IMG/VR virus record: IMGVR_UViG_3300031787_000063
Location: 15,718 to 79,717 of that record
Reading direction: 5' to 3' (one strand)
DNA from: a virus
DNA: 64,000 bases
Position 1 is the first letter of the stretch, and each line of letters opens with the position of its first letter. Of the stretch, positions 18,940-29,479 are shown piece after piece. Position numbers and translations under genes: made by a program. The notes beneath the pieces were generated by a model, which had not been told where the DNA came from, made no database searches, and was given only the letters and a program-made list of their open reading frames with translations.

Positions 18940-20835
18940 TTATACTATATCGGTTATGCAGTTTATAAGATAAAATTGATTGCTACTATTTACAAATTCA
19001 TATATATTAGCTCTATTAGCATTGACAGTAGTTACCATCATTCCAGCTTTTTGTCTTACACTTGCTGGAAAAGTAATACTTAATGCTCCTCCAGTGGTAT
19101 TGTTTGCTACTACTGTAAACCTTTTTCCCGGAATTCCATTAGAAAAAGTAATGCTAGTAGATGAAGTTAACGGTACATGGAAAACTGTTCCAGTTCTAGC
19201 TAGTAGGTCTATATCAGATATTCCTGCTGGAACAATGCCATTTAGAGTTGTTGGAATTACAGAGTTACCACCATCTGCATAAATATTTTTAGCATCAATA
19301 TATAAAGAACCTCTATTTACAAAAGAACCTGCAGATCCCGTGGTGAGATAAATATTTCCGCTAATTCCAGTTCCTGCTGCTGCTCCAGTATTTATAGTTA
19401 CATTTCCAGAATTTGCAGATGTTCCAGTTCCTTTAATCCAAGCAGGTCCACTTTTTACAAAAAGATTTCCAGAATTTACTTGAAGATTTGCTGCAGTAGA
19501 AGATCCAACATCTAAAGACATGGTTTCTAAGTACACTTCTCCAGCAGTATAAGTGCCATCAATCGTGGCTTTTACTCTAGATCCAGTAAAGGACATTCCT
19601 CCACCAGATGCATCAAGAATGTGAAATTGTCCACATGCAGCATAAGCATTAGCTGGATTATTTACTCCAATCCAAAGACTTGGATATTGCTCACTTTGCA
19701 TATCTGCCATCATAAAATTTTGAGTAGCAGAGTAAGGTGTTTCAGGTCTAACTTTTAAATTATTTCGAGTATCTACTCCATACTGATTTGCAATAATTCT
19801 TGGTTGATTATTAACGGTGTCGTAAATGTAAACTTCTCTTCCTTGTATGTTTACATTACCTCTAAATCCAGTACCAAAAACTGAACCAGTTGCAATATTT
19901 ACATTACCAGAATTACCACTAGAACCTGCAGCTACTTGACCAGAATTTATATATACTGGACCAGAACTACCTTGAGTAGAACCCGTTACAACATCTCCTG
20001 ATTTAAGAGCAGCTTGTCCTGATCCTGCAAGAGTATCGGATGTTCCCGTTGCAAGATATAATTCTCCTGTGCGACTAGGGCTTACTGTATTTCTAATACG
20101 ACCTGAATTTATTTGAATAGCACCAGTTGCTGATACGTTTGTTTGATTATCATAGCCTTGAATTACATTGTCAATTGGTCCAGTGTTAATAAATAAAAGT
20201 CCAGAGGTTCCTTCTTTAGATTTTCCACTATATATATTTACTCCTCCGCTAGGTCCGAGTACTGGAGGTAAAGCTGATCCTCTATTCTGACCGCTAAAAA
20301 TATTAACATTTCCAGTTATTCCATCAGTAAAGGTGTATCCTGAATATAAATTAATATCCCCAGTATTTCCAGTTCCAAAATTTTGACCGGAAAATGCTTG
20401 GAATCCACCAGTGTTTCCAGTATTACCTGCTAATATAGCTCCAGTAGCAATTATGGTTCCTAATAATGAATTATTTCTAGTTCCTATGGTCCAATAATTT
20501 AAATTAGTGCCAGACGTTATGGTTGCCGCACTTACTAAATCTCTATTGACAGAAGTAGCAGTTAAGTTATCTAATCCAGTATTAGCTCCTCCACCACCTC
20601 CGCCTCCACCGGGAAGGTTTAATATCGTATTTAAATTGTAATCAATTGTTTTATTTGTAAGTGTTTGTGATTGAGAGCTTGTGATTATCTCTCTAATTGA
20701 AGAATCTATGAATGTTTTTAATTTTTTATCAATGCTATTATGAAATAAAGCACCTTCTAAAAATAGATCATTGTCCACATCATCGGTTACTCCACGTAAA
20801 AGAATGCCTTTTACAAATTCTTTTAAAATAAACAT
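18940..20835 (-). CDS. Fibre/spike protein with Gly-rich beta-solenoid
   Basis: QTLTNKTI motif; repeated SG-x-V-x-I-x-(S/T)G; shares a segment with the 1525-aa fibre. Confidence 0.7.
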   Translation of the reverse strand: MFILKEFVKGILLRGVTDDVDNDLFLEGALFHNSIDKKLKTFIDSSIREIITSSQSQTLTNKTIDYNLNTILNLPGGGGGGGGANTGLDNLTATSVNRDLVSAATITSGTNLNYWTIGTRNNSLLGTIIATGAILAGNTGNTGGFQAFSGQNFGTGNTGDINLYSGYTFTDGITGNVNIFSGQNRGSALPPVLGPSGGVNIYSGKSKEGTSGLLFINTGPIDNVIQGYDNQTNVSATGAIQINSGRIRNTVSPSRTGELYLATGTSDTLAGSGQAALKSGDVVTGSTQGSSGPVYINSGQVAAGSSGNSGNVNIATGSVFGTGFRGNVNIQGREVYIYDTVNNQPRIIANQYGVDTRNNLKVRPETPYSATQNFMMADMQSEQYPSLWIGVNNPANAYAACGQFHILDASGGGMSFTGSRVKATIDGTYTAGEVYLETMSLDVGSSTAANLQVNSGNLFVKSGPAWIKGTGTSANSGNVTINTGAAAGTGISGNIYLTTGSAGSFVNRGSLYIDAKNIYADGGNSVIPTTLNGIVPAGISDIDLLARTGTVFHVPLTSSTSITFSNGIPGKRFTVVANNTTGGALSITFPASVRQKAGMMVTTVNANRANIYEFVNSSNQFYLINCITDIV

Positions 20836-20847
20836 TCATCCCACCAA

Positions 20848-21327
20848 TTATGTTTGAGCTATCCCAATACCTCTAAATTTAATAATACCAGAGTATGTGG
20901 CTTGATTCCCACTAAGAGCTGTTGCAGTATATTGAATTTGCCCACTGGGAGTTATGCTAAAAGTAACTTTTGAATTACCAAATCCCTCTTGTTGCAATCT
21001 CCATCCTACAGTAGTTCCTTGATATAATCCTGTAAGTTGGAATTCTTCATATCTTTGTTCAGTGTCCGTAGTTCTTGTAATGTTTCCACTAACTATAAAA
21101 GATCTAACATTTACAGAATCAAAAAACATACCTTGAATACTTTCTTGAGAAAGCTGTTCTGCATTTATTAATGCAGCAGTTTCAAGTAAATCGTAAGGAC
21201 CTCTGATTGAAGCAAGAACTTTGGTGACTTCTGCTGCCCAATTGGTTGCAGATTCCCCCCAAGGCTGTTGTTCTCCTTGTTCTGGATATTCAAAAGGAAC
21301 ATTGTTCACTATTAAAGTTACAGCCAT
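20848..21327 (-). CDS. Hypothetical structural protein
   Basis: 159 aa; AGGAG RBS; preceded by late promoter motif. Confidence 0.6.
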   Translation of the reverse strand: MAVTLIVNNVPFEYPEQGEQQPWGESATNWAAEVTKVLASIRGPYDLLETAALINAEQLSQESIQGMFFDSVNVRSFIVSGNITRTTDTEQRYEEFQLTGLYQGTTVGWRLQQEGFGNSKVTFSITPSGQIQYTATALSGNQATYSGIIKFRGIGIAQT

Positions 21328-21363
21328 ACACCACTCCTAGATATATTTGTTATTTAAGTGTAG

Positions 21364-21399
21364 AAAAAAAAAGGAGAAGCCGTAGCTTCTCCTTTTTTT
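21364..21399 (-). terminator. Intrinsic terminator after major capsid gene
   Basis: A-run + AGGAGAAGC-cgta-GCTTCTCCT + T-run; U-tracts on both strands. Confidence 0.9.
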
Positions 21400-21423
21400 G
21401 TTACATTGCATAACTCATTGAAT

Positions 21424-22638
21424 TTAAGCTGTGATTCCAGTGAAAACAAGCTGATGACCGATCTTTGTACAGAACAAAGCTTGGTTGGTATAACAACGGA
21501 TACCGATACCAGCATTATTTTCAAGATGATGGAAGAAATCCTCATTATTGAATGGGTTCTTGAAAGTAAGATCTGTAGAACCTACACGTAGCATTTGCTC
21601 ATGGTTAATAGCGTAAGCAAAACCTTCTTTTACGAAGATAGATGAAACAATAGTCATCTTACCATTCTGAGAGAAGAATTCAAGAGCTTCCGAACCATTT
21701 TGAGCAGTAGCTGACTTGTAGCTAACATCAAAACGTCTAGAACCTGCTTGCTCAGTCATTAGATCAGCCCAAGCTGCTGGGTTAACATAAACAGTCACAT
21801 CGGACTGAAGACCCTTGGCTACTGGCTTTGCAAGACCTTTAGCAAGTTTATTGAAACTAAGAGTACCGCCTACAGCGTGAGTGTTACCTCTCCAAAGAGA
21901 ATATTGAGAAGCAGAAATACCAAATAGAGATCCAGTATTTGTGATGATCTTATGAAGACCAGCCATCTCTTTACCTTTAGAACCATACTCAAAAATTACA
22001 TCTGTAGCAACTACGCCAGCAGGAAGTGCGTCAACTGTAACCGTTTTAAGGTCAAAATCAACTGCAGTTACTTTACAGTCACCACGAAGGTTTCCTACTG
22101 AATCGAAGATCTCAAGACGCATATTTTCTGCACCGCCCCAAATTCCCGGAGCCCATTGACCAACAGCAATTGAGATTACGTTACCAGCTACTGAACCAAC
22201 TTCAGCAAGACCAACTTGACCGTAAAGAAGACGAATTTCAAGCTTTTTAGAAATAGAATCCATCATAGCTTGGAAGATATACTTTGTAGCTTCTTCAAAT
22301 GCTCTTTCACCAGCAGAATCAGCAGCATACATAGTATCTAGTGCCATCGCAGAACGAAGCACCATTTGATAACCACGGATAGACGCTTGCTTAATTACAC
22401 CTGAAATAGGTGGATTAAGAGCAAAAGCACCTTCATCTGGCTCAGCAAAGCTTACGCCATGCTCCATACCAAGAATAACTGATTGGTTATAATCAGCACC
22501 CGGACGCTTTTCTTTGCGAACGAATTTGATAGCATTAAGAAGCTTAGTGCCATCTGGGATAAGATTTTCTAGTTTACCATCGTAAACTTTTTTGTACAAC
22601 CCGTTTAGATTGTCTAATGTGTTAACTGGACCGCTCAT
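21424..22638 (-). CDS. Major capsid protein
   Basis: 404 aa after scaffold, own late promoter and strong terminator; sequence features compatible with HK97 fold. Confidence 0.8.
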   Translation of the reverse strand: MSGPVNTLDNLNGLYKKVYDGKLENLIPDGTKLLNAIKFVRKEKRPGADYNQSVILGMEHGVSFAEPDEGAFALNPPISGVIKQASIRGYQMVLRSAMALDTMYAADSAGERAFEEATKYIFQAMMDSISKKLEIRLLYGQVGLAEVGSVAGNVISIAVGQWAPGIWGGAENMRLEIFDSVGNLRGDCKVTAVDFDLKTVTVDALPAGVVATDVIFEYGSKGKEMAGLHKIITNTGSLFGISASQYSLWRGNTHAVGGTLSFNKLAKGLAKPVAKGLQSDVTVYVNPAAWADLMTEQAGSRRFDVSYKSATAQNGSEALEFFSQNGKMTIVSSIFVKEGFAYAINHEQMLRVGSTDLTFKNPFNNEDFFHHLENNAGIGIRCYTNQALFCTKIGHQLVFTGITA

Positions 22639-22767
22639 ACTTTTCCTTTTTTATAAAATCAATTTTTTGTTTTTTATTTTTAAGCAATAAGTTTGTTTTA
22701 CTTCGATATTTTTGGGGCTATTGCTTGCCAAAAAGTCTGGTAAATCTTATTTACTCAACTATATTTG

Positions 22768-23694
22768 TTAACCTCTTAGAGAATTAAAGAAATCTTTTGC
22801 TCTAATTTTTTTAGGTTCGTCATCTTTTTTAGAAGAAACGCCTACATCTTCAGTTTTTAAAGCTGGTTTTGGAGTACCATTTTTAGGCTTAACTGATTGA
22901 ATTTGCTTATTTCTTATATTTCTAATTCTTTCTTTAGATACTAGATTTTCTACTTCGTCATCAGATAAAACACCTAGCATTTCAGAAATATCTCGTTTGT
23001 ATTGTTGTTTTACAAAAGGAATGAGATCTTGCATAGTTAGATCAATTCCATTTGCATAAGCAATATAAGCTAAGTCTGCTAATTTTTTAGAAATATACGT
23101 AGATTTAGGCAGTTGTCCAACTTCAATTGCTTGCACAATTTCATTTTCTAATTGCATTGCTGCTTCTTGTTGCAATCTAGCCTGTTCTTCGTGTCGTCTT
23201 TGTTCTTCTAGAGCTTCTTTTTCAGCCAGTAATTCTTCATATCTTCTTTTAGTTTCTTCAAGTGCAAGTTGCTCGGGAGTTTTTTGACTATCTTCTAAGT
23301 CTTCTCTTAGAATAGCTTCTGCAATTTGTCTTTTTTGTTCTTTACTTAAATTAAATTCTGGATTCATTATGACAGACATTGGATTTGAAGTAAATTGTTC
23401 CAAAAATTCGTCAACATCGGCTTGAATTTCTTGTAGTTGTTTTGCAGTAATTGATCTTTCTTGGAAAGCTTGCTGTGCAGCTTTTTCCATTTGGAGTGCT
23501 TTTGTAATTCTATCACGATCTCTTAGATTTACCCGTTCCTTAATCTCTTTGCCATTAACTTTGAGATTAAATTCTTCCCACTCTTCTTGACTCATTTGAT
23601 CTGGTTTTTCCGAAGCTTCTAAACCTTCAAAAGATTCTTCTGCTTCTGCAGATTCTAGAGATTCTGTGGATTCTGTTGAATTTTCGTCTGACAT
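22768..23694 (-). CDS. Capsid scaffolding protein
   Basis: Acidic N-terminus, LKVNGKE motif, long coiled coil, immediately upstream of MCP. Confidence 0.75.
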   Translation of the reverse strand: MSDENSTESTESLESAEAEESFEGLEASEKPDQMSQEEWEEFNLKVNGKEIKERVNLRDRDRITKALQMEKAAQQAFQERSITAKQLQEIQADVDEFLEQFTSNPMSVIMNPEFNLSKEQKRQIAEAILREDLEDSQKTPEQLALEETKRRYEELLAEKEALEEQRRHEEQARLQQEAAMQLENEIVQAIEVGQLPKSTYISKKLADLAYIAYANGIDLTMQDLIPFVKQQYKRDISEMLGVLSDDEVENLVSKERIRNIRNKQIQSVKPKNGTPKPALKTEDVGVSSKKDDEPKKIRAKDFFNSLRG

Positions 23695-23778
23695 ACATTT
23701 CCTTTTTACGCCCCAATGGGGTAGTGTAAAGTTAACACATCACATTATTGTGGTAGTGTCTATGTACTTATTTGTTAT

Positions 23779-24624
23779 TTATTTATAACCTAATTGTTGT
23801 TTTTTTCTTTTTAAATAATCAGCATAATTTAAATCTTCTTCTTCTGGTTCAGATGCTAATTCTCTAAATGCAGGACCAATTGGTTCTGGAATTTCTTCTT
23901 TTGGCTCAACATCTAATAATTCCACTGGATGAATTCTTCTATTTAAAGTATCCTGTTCTTGTTTTTTTATTAAATCTAATATTTCAGGATCTCCATCTGC
24001 TTTTTCTTTAAAAAATTGTTCTTTTCGCTTCTCGGCTTCAATTTGTTTTAATTGTTCAGATTCTCCGGTATTTAAATCACTAGAAGATAAAGCCTGTTCA
24101 GCTATAGCTAAAGGAACTGCTGCTCTTTTGCCAAGCTTAGAAACTTTTCCAACACCTTCCGCTGCAGATCTTAGTAATCTTGATTTTAATTGCTGTCTTG
24201 CTATATATTTAGCTGCTGGAGATGATGGTGGATGTATATTTATTTCGTCTGCCATATTCACAGGAATACTATAAGGTCCAGATTTTGTGCGTTTCATCAT
24301 TGCTTGAAATTTTTTTGTACCCGGTTTTAATTTTCCAGCTTTACCTTGACCTCTATATTCCTTTACTGCCTCTAATCTAGCTTGTTCCTTTATTTTAGCT
24401 TCTTTTATAGCTTGTCTTTCAGCTTTTCTATCTAAAGCTCTTTGTCGTTTAGAAGCTCTATTATGTTCTTCTATAAATTTTTCACTATCAACTAAATCAT
24501 TTGGATCTATTTTAGTTGTTTCTTGTTTAGAAGGGGTGGAAATAATTTGGTTTTCTTTTTCCATTTCTTCTATTTCTTTTAAATAATCTGCAAAAGTTTT
24601 TTCTTTTTTCGACATATTACTCAT
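23779..24624 (-). CDS. Charged hypothetical protein
   Basis: 281 aa; ends RKKQQLGYK, resembling RKKRLGYE end of neighbour. Confidence 0.6.
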   Translation of the reverse strand: MSNMSKKEKTFADYLKEIEEMEKENQIISTPSKQETTKIDPNDLVDSEKFIEEHNRASKRQRALDRKAERQAIKEAKIKEQARLEAVKEYRGQGKAGKLKPGTKKFQAMMKRTKSGPYSIPVNMADEINIHPPSSPAAKYIARQQLKSRLLRSAAEGVGKVSKLGKRAAVPLAIAEQALSSSDLNTGESEQLKQIEAEKRKEQFFKEKADGDPEILDLIKKQEQDTLNRRIHPVELLDVEPKEEIPEPIGPAFRELASEPEEEDLNYADYLKRKKQQLGYK

Positions 24625-25591
24625 AGCCTAACCTCTTCTTACGTTTATCTATTTCTTTTTGAACTTCGAGTTCTTGTATATCTTCTAATTGATCTAGCAT
24701 GATATCTGCTGGAGAAGGACCTCCCGGAATTGCAGAATATTTATCTTCTCTCATCGTTTGTTTTATTTCTTCTGGATCTTTTAATTTAGATCGTCTATAA
24801 ACTTCTGCCGCAGCATCTGATACTCCAGTTGGATCTACCAAAGCGGTCCCTTCTAGTGCGGCTCCTAAAGTATCACCGGATTTTAAAGATGTATACAACC
24901 CAGCCCCTGCCGCCATAGGTCCTAAAATTGATCTCAATCTACCCCATAACGAAGGTTTTACATTTAATTTTTCAGATTGCTTTAATATTTCTTTTATAGT
25001 TTTTTCATCTTGCGGTAATTCTCTAACTTCTCGTATTAATTCCTTAGGTTCATATATATCATCATAATGATGTCCTTTAACATAGGATTCTTCGGTAGTT
25101 GATTTAAAATCAGGTCTGATTAAATACTCAGATCCATGTTCTAATTCATGTCCAGCATCCGTTATAGCTTTTAATTTTTCAGATTCTGTATATGGTTTTT
25201 TAATTACCATAAAATCAGGAGCCCGTCGTGATCCTTTTTGATCTGGAAGAGAAGAATAAAATCCAGCATTATTTTTTAATGCTTCTTTTACTTCTATTCC
25301 TCTTTTTGTATAAGCTTCTTTTGGTTCTAATATATATCTTTTTCCCGGTGTTGGATTTTTTTCATATATAGAATTTAAAATATCTTCTATGGGACTATCT
25401 AGGGATACGCTTGACATTTTTTCATAACGTATAGCTCCTAAAGCTTGATCAATTAGATTAGCCGGATCATATCCCATCTCTCTTGCTTTTCTGATTAATT
25501 CTTCTGATTCCATCAAGGGGTTACTTGTGATGATATTTATCATCTTATTTATTCCAGCCGTATCTGCTTTTTTTAATCTTTTCTTCGTCAT
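24617..25591 (-). CDS. Hypothetical protein with HExxH motif
   Basis: Probable start MTKKRL at 25591 just after portal stop; AGHELEHG. Confidence 0.55.
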   Translation of the reverse strand: MTKKRLKKADTAGINKMINIITSNPLMESEELIRKAREMGYDPANLIDQALGAIRYEKMSSVSLDSPIEDILNSIYEKNPTPGKRYILEPKEAYTKRGIEVKEALKNNAGFYSSLPDQKGSRRAPDFMVIKKPYTESEKLKAITDAGHELEHGSEYLIRPDFKSTTEESYVKGHHYDDIYEPKELIREVRELPQDEKTIKEILKQSEKLNVKPSLWGRLRSILGPMAAGAGLYTSLKSGDTLGAALEGTALVDPTGVSDAAAEVYRRSKLKDPEEIKQTMREDKYSAIPGGPSPADIMLDQLEDIQELEVQKEIDKRKKRLGYE

Positions 25592-25592
25592 A

Positions 25593-27617
25593 TTACTCTT
25601 GAGGCTCTGCTGGAATTGTGCTTGTTGGTAAATTTTCAAAAGGAGCTGGAGGAGTTGCTGGACTTGGAGTTCCCGGCATTTCTTGGTTCATAGTTTGTTC
25701 TGAACCTTCCATTACTTGCCCTATGGATGATTGATCTTCTGCGTTTTGTGGAGGATTGTTAGCTAAATCTTGACCAGTAGGAGCTTGTTGTGGAGCTGGA
25801 GGAAGTTGCTGTTGATTTGTCATAGTAAGAACAGCAGGATCTGCACTTCGAGCAAGTTCTATGTGTTCTTGAATATGTTGTAAAATTACAGCAGATTTTT
25901 CTTCGTCCATTCTTACATCAATATCATTTAAAATAATTCTATGCCTAAGAATATGTTCTTTATGATCATCAATAATTAATGCAGGAACTTCTAATCCTTG
26001 TAATAGTTTTTCGTTTTCCTGCTGAATTAAATTACTCTGATCTACCGGACTTTCTAACATCCCATCTAGTCTACCAGTATTAATTACTTGAGCATATTGC
26101 TGAATAGAAAACTCTTCTGGTTTCATTTGCATTAATTGTTCTGCCATCTGAACACGACCAGCGGTTGTTTTTGCAAGAGGATTTCCTACATCAACAAGAA
26201 TTCTATTAATATCTGGAATATCCGTACTTTTAAAAGATACTAAGTACTGTTTGTTGTTTACCCCAACAATAGATGCTACTCTTGGAGCCAATGCATAATC
26301 TTGAAGAATTTCTAGAATTGCAACCCCTAAATCTTCAATTAATTGTACATATTGATTTTGAAGACCAGATTGAAACTGAATTGCCATTGATTGAATTAGA
26401 GCTAAAGAGTTTCCTGATCGTAAATTTTGAGCAGGATCTGGAGTACCTCTTGTAACAGAATTTATTCCAGATAACTGTTCCATTTTACTTTCTAATGTAC
26501 TAAGAAAGCTAAATGTTTCTTGGGAAGTTCCTAAAAGATTCAATACCTCTGGTTTTTCTGTACCTTGAATTACATTCAGTCCACCGCCAAGATTTGTAAT
26601 GTCGATGTTTGATCCTGATTTTACAAATAAGTTTTGAGTAGCAAATGCAATATTGTTGGACATTATTGCTGAATAAAGATGATTGATACCTTCTTGTAAA
26701 GGTAGTAAGTCAAATAAATTAGAATAACCAAAAGCTGTTCCAAGTATTTCATTTGGACTCATTTTAAATACTGGTATTCTCCTATATGGTAACATCGAAT
26801 CATGAATTATGATATCGTGATCTAAAAAAATTAACTCTCTGCCTTTTGGCATAGCATCTGTTTTTTTATGATACATTGTCCATACTTCAACTTCATCAGA
26901 ATCGTTCTTTTTAAATATTTGCAAAGAATATCTATCTCTAGAATTTTTAGTATCTAAAGCTAGAATTTTATCTTGAAGTTCTGGATATTTTGCAGCTAAA
27001 TCAAATTTATTTTTATAGGTACGTACTAAGATCCAATCATGGTTGTTATCTTCTCTATTTACATCAAATACTACATCAAATGGAGAAATATTGGTAAATC
27101 TCAAGTCTCCTTCAAATATCTTTTCTCCAGTTTCCTCATCCTCTTCAATTATTTTACCAGAAGTAGCATCCCATTCTACTTTTACATATCCAGATCCTAA
27201 AACCACACTCAATTCAACGGCTTTATTGATATATCTTTCTAATCTTTTTTCTCTCATGTAGTAATCTAAAAGACCATTAGCAAGAGTAACTTGAGCACTT
27301 GATTTGTAATCCGCATTAGCAGCCCTAGCTTCCATCGAAGGTCTACTAGAAGTTGTCATAACATACATGTGCTGAGCTAAGTTTCTAATATGGTTAACTG
27401 GAAGTTGGGCAAGTTCTCCTTGCTCTCCTCCAAAAGTAATGGCATGTCCTGATGTCATATCTGTAAAATATGCACCATGATATGCTGCCCAGCATGTTTT
27501 TAATTTTTCTAAATATCCATTTACAGTGAGAGTATTTTTCCAATCTGTAGCTTTTTCTAGCAAAACAGATGCGGTTTCCTTACCTTCTCTAGCTGCAAAA
27601 TATGTTTGTTTAGTCAT
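25593..27617 (-). CDS. Portal protein (P22-like)
   Basis: 674 aa after terminase; GYVKVEWD, ISPFDV, GYS-x4-LLPLQ-x2-IN, LSGINSVTRG; Gln/Pro-rich tail. Confidence 0.85.
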   Translation of the reverse strand: MTKQTYFAAREGKETASVLLEKATDWKNTLTVNGYLEKLKTCWAAYHGAYFTDMTSGHAITFGGEQGELAQLPVNHIRNLAQHMYVMTTSSRPSMEARAANADYKSSAQVTLANGLLDYYMREKRLERYINKAVELSVVLGSGYVKVEWDATSGKIIEEDEETGEKIFEGDLRFTNISPFDVVFDVNREDNNHDWILVRTYKNKFDLAAKYPELQDKILALDTKNSRDRYSLQIFKKNDSDEVEVWTMYHKKTDAMPKGRELIFLDHDIIIHDSMLPYRRIPVFKMSPNEILGTAFGYSNLFDLLPLQEGINHLYSAIMSNNIAFATQNLFVKSGSNIDITNLGGGLNVIQGTEKPEVLNLLGTSQETFSFLSTLESKMEQLSGINSVTRGTPDPAQNLRSGNSLALIQSMAIQFQSGLQNQYVQLIEDLGVAILEILQDYALAPRVASIVGVNNKQYLVSFKSTDIPDINRILVDVGNPLAKTTAGRVQMAEQLMQMKPEEFSIQQYAQVINTGRLDGMLESPVDQSNLIQQENEKLLQGLEVPALIIDDHKEHILRHRIILNDIDVRMDEEKSAVILQHIQEHIELARSADPAVLTMTNQQQLPPAPQQAPTGQDLANNPPQNAEDQSSIGQVMEGSEQTMNQEMPGTPSPATPPAPFENLPTSTIPAEPQE

Positions 27618-27639
27618 TAAAACCTCTAATATTATTTGT

Positions 27640-29076
27640 TTAATTCTTTTTAAAGCTGAACATTTTAATTAAGTGTTCCTCAAATCTTGTTTTTTCGGTA
27701 TCATGCAATCTAAAACTGCCATCTCCGTATGTCATTCCATATCCTTTAGGGTATGGATTACGTGTATACGATATGTTACGCACTAAATATGCTAAGGCAT
27801 CAATCAAATCGTAATGTCCTCCATCTAAGGATCTCTCGTACTCTGTCTTAGTTTTATTCCAAGTTGCGTTTTTTAAATGAAAAATCAATTGTTTACACTT
27901 TGGATTAATTATAATTCTTTCTTCTGCTATTAAAATTCGTATTTGGTTAATCCATGCATGTTTGTTATCCTTAGCAGTTGGAATAAAAGTTATACCATAG
28001 TCAATTCCAAGGTCATTCAATAAAATCAAGTTGTTATTATCAGACACCCTTAAGAATGGTCTTTTAAGACCCCACAACTCCTCTTCCGTTTTTTTTACAG
28101 AGGCGGCTAAGTTAGCAGTAGTAAAAGATTTTCCTCTGAAAGTAGCCTCATCTTCTATTACTATTTTCCCCGTAAGGAAATCATAATAAGCATATAATAC
28201 ACCAGTTAAGTCCTTAACTCCAATATCCATAGAAACATAAGAATCGTAATAGGGAGGTCTTTGGTAGTTTTTTACTATTCGTGCTAATGACTCATCGTTA
28301 GCTTCTGGAATTACTGCATGATCTTCATCAGTGATCATTATATTTAAATATTCTCTTTTGAAGTCTACTGAATCATACCCTCCAACTTCTTCAGCAAATC
28401 CATCAATATCTTCTTTTGTGTATCTTGGACATTGATAAATATCTCTTTTAATTAAGGTTTCTTTATATTCAGATTGTTTTACAATATCCCAAAACTCATG
28501 ACCCTGTGATCTTGGAAGAGTTGAGATAAGTATCATCGGTCCTCTAGTAGTGTTTAGTTTAGGATAAAGAACCGATCTAAGACCGTATTTTAAATTAGTC
28601 ATAAAGCCGCACTCATCCACTATGATCATGTGAGCTTTTGGACCCCTTGCTGACTCTATTTCTTCAGCATTAAATCCGTAAAGTTCTAACTTACTTTTTG
28701 TTGTAGGAAATACGTAAGATGATGAATCTCTATCGAATTTAGGTCTTATGTCTTGAGGAGCTGATTTAAATATTTCGTCAAAAGTAGCCTTAACAATTTT
28801 TTTACCTTGTTTTAATCTAGGTGCTACATAGCATATTGTTATATTTTTACGTGTTAACAGTTCTTCCACAGCCATGCCTAAAGCACCGTAGCTTTTACCA
28901 GACTGTCGAGAAAACACCGCAACGTGGGTTTTTCTTTTTATAGTTCGTACTTGATCTCTTAATACTTTTTGATTTGCATCCAAAAGAAAATCGGTGATCT
29001 TACCTTTTCTCCAGAGGATTTCTCTTGCTTGTTGAGGAGTTATATCTAGTGGAAGATTATTGTTCGCTTGTGTCAT
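27640..29076 (-). CDS. terL: Terminase large subunit
   Basis: Walker A SRQSGKS, RG motif, Walker B IIVDE, ISTxP coupling motif, FKREY, nuclease DIG...D...DLIDAL. Confidence 0.93.
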   Translation of the reverse strand: MTQANNNLPLDITPQQAREILWRKGKITDFLLDANQKVLRDQVRTIKRKTHVAVFSRQSGKSYGALGMAVEELLTRKNITICYVAPRLKQGKKIVKATFDEIFKSAPQDIRPKFDRDSSSYVFPTTKSKLELYGFNAEEIESARGPKAHMIIVDECGFMTNLKYGLRSVLYPKLNTTRGPMILISTLPRSQGHEFWDIVKQSEYKETLIKRDIYQCPRYTKEDIDGFAEEVGGYDSVDFKREYLNIMITDEDHAVIPEANDESLARIVKNYQRPPYYDSYVSMDIGVKDLTGVLYAYYDFLTGKIVIEDEATFRGKSFTTANLAASVKKTEEELWGLKRPFLRVSDNNNLILLNDLGIDYGITFIPTAKDNKHAWINQIRILIAEERIIINPKCKQLIFHLKNATWNKTKTEYERSLDGGHYDLIDALAYLVRNISYTRNPYPKGYGMTYGDGSFRLHDTEKTRFEEHLIKMFSFKKN

Positions 29077-29476
29077 CTACAACCTGCATGGCGAGTTGCA
29101 GCAATTGCTCATTATCCAGCGTAACTTTTGAAGATTTTTTAGACTTAGATTCCTCTAATGTCTTTCCTCGGATAAGCATTAAAGATTTAACATAAATTTC
29201 AAATGCTTTTACTTGGTTAAATTCTAGAGGCGAGACTTTTGCTGCTTGATATAATCTGCTAATCTCTAACTTACAAAGTTCTTCTTCATTAGAACCAACC
29301 GCTATTGTGCTGCTAGAAAATTTAGCTAACTCTTCTAAGTGACGCAGTTTATCTTTAGTAGCGTCTAACTCTTTTTGAAGTTTTAAATTAGTTTGAGTGA
29401 GCTTTTCTCCATATTTTTTAAGTTCTTCATTTTGAGTTAATAGATCCCTTACTTCCTCTGCTGGTATTATCTTCAT
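29057..29476 (-). CDS. Terminase small subunit candidate
   Basis: 139 aa helical protein overlapping terL start; positional inference only. Confidence 0.45.
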   Translation of the reverse strand: MKIIPAEEVRDLLTQNEELKKYGEKLTQTNLKLQKELDATKDKLRHLEELAKFSSSTIAVGSNEEELCKLEISRLYQAAKVSPLEFNQVKAFEIYVKSLMLIRGKTLEESKSKKSSKVTLDNEQLLQLAMQVVDDTSEQ

Positions 29477-29479
29477 TTA

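Noticed and set aside
9416-19282. Plus-strand ORFs opposite the fibre genes
   Set aside because: Antisense shadows of Gly/Ser/Thr-rich genes with no RBS or motifs
8929-20835. Diversity-generating retroelement or invertible fibre system
   Set aside because: No reverse transcriptase or invertase in the window; repeats encode ordinary shaft motifs and no adenine-specific variant pair was seen
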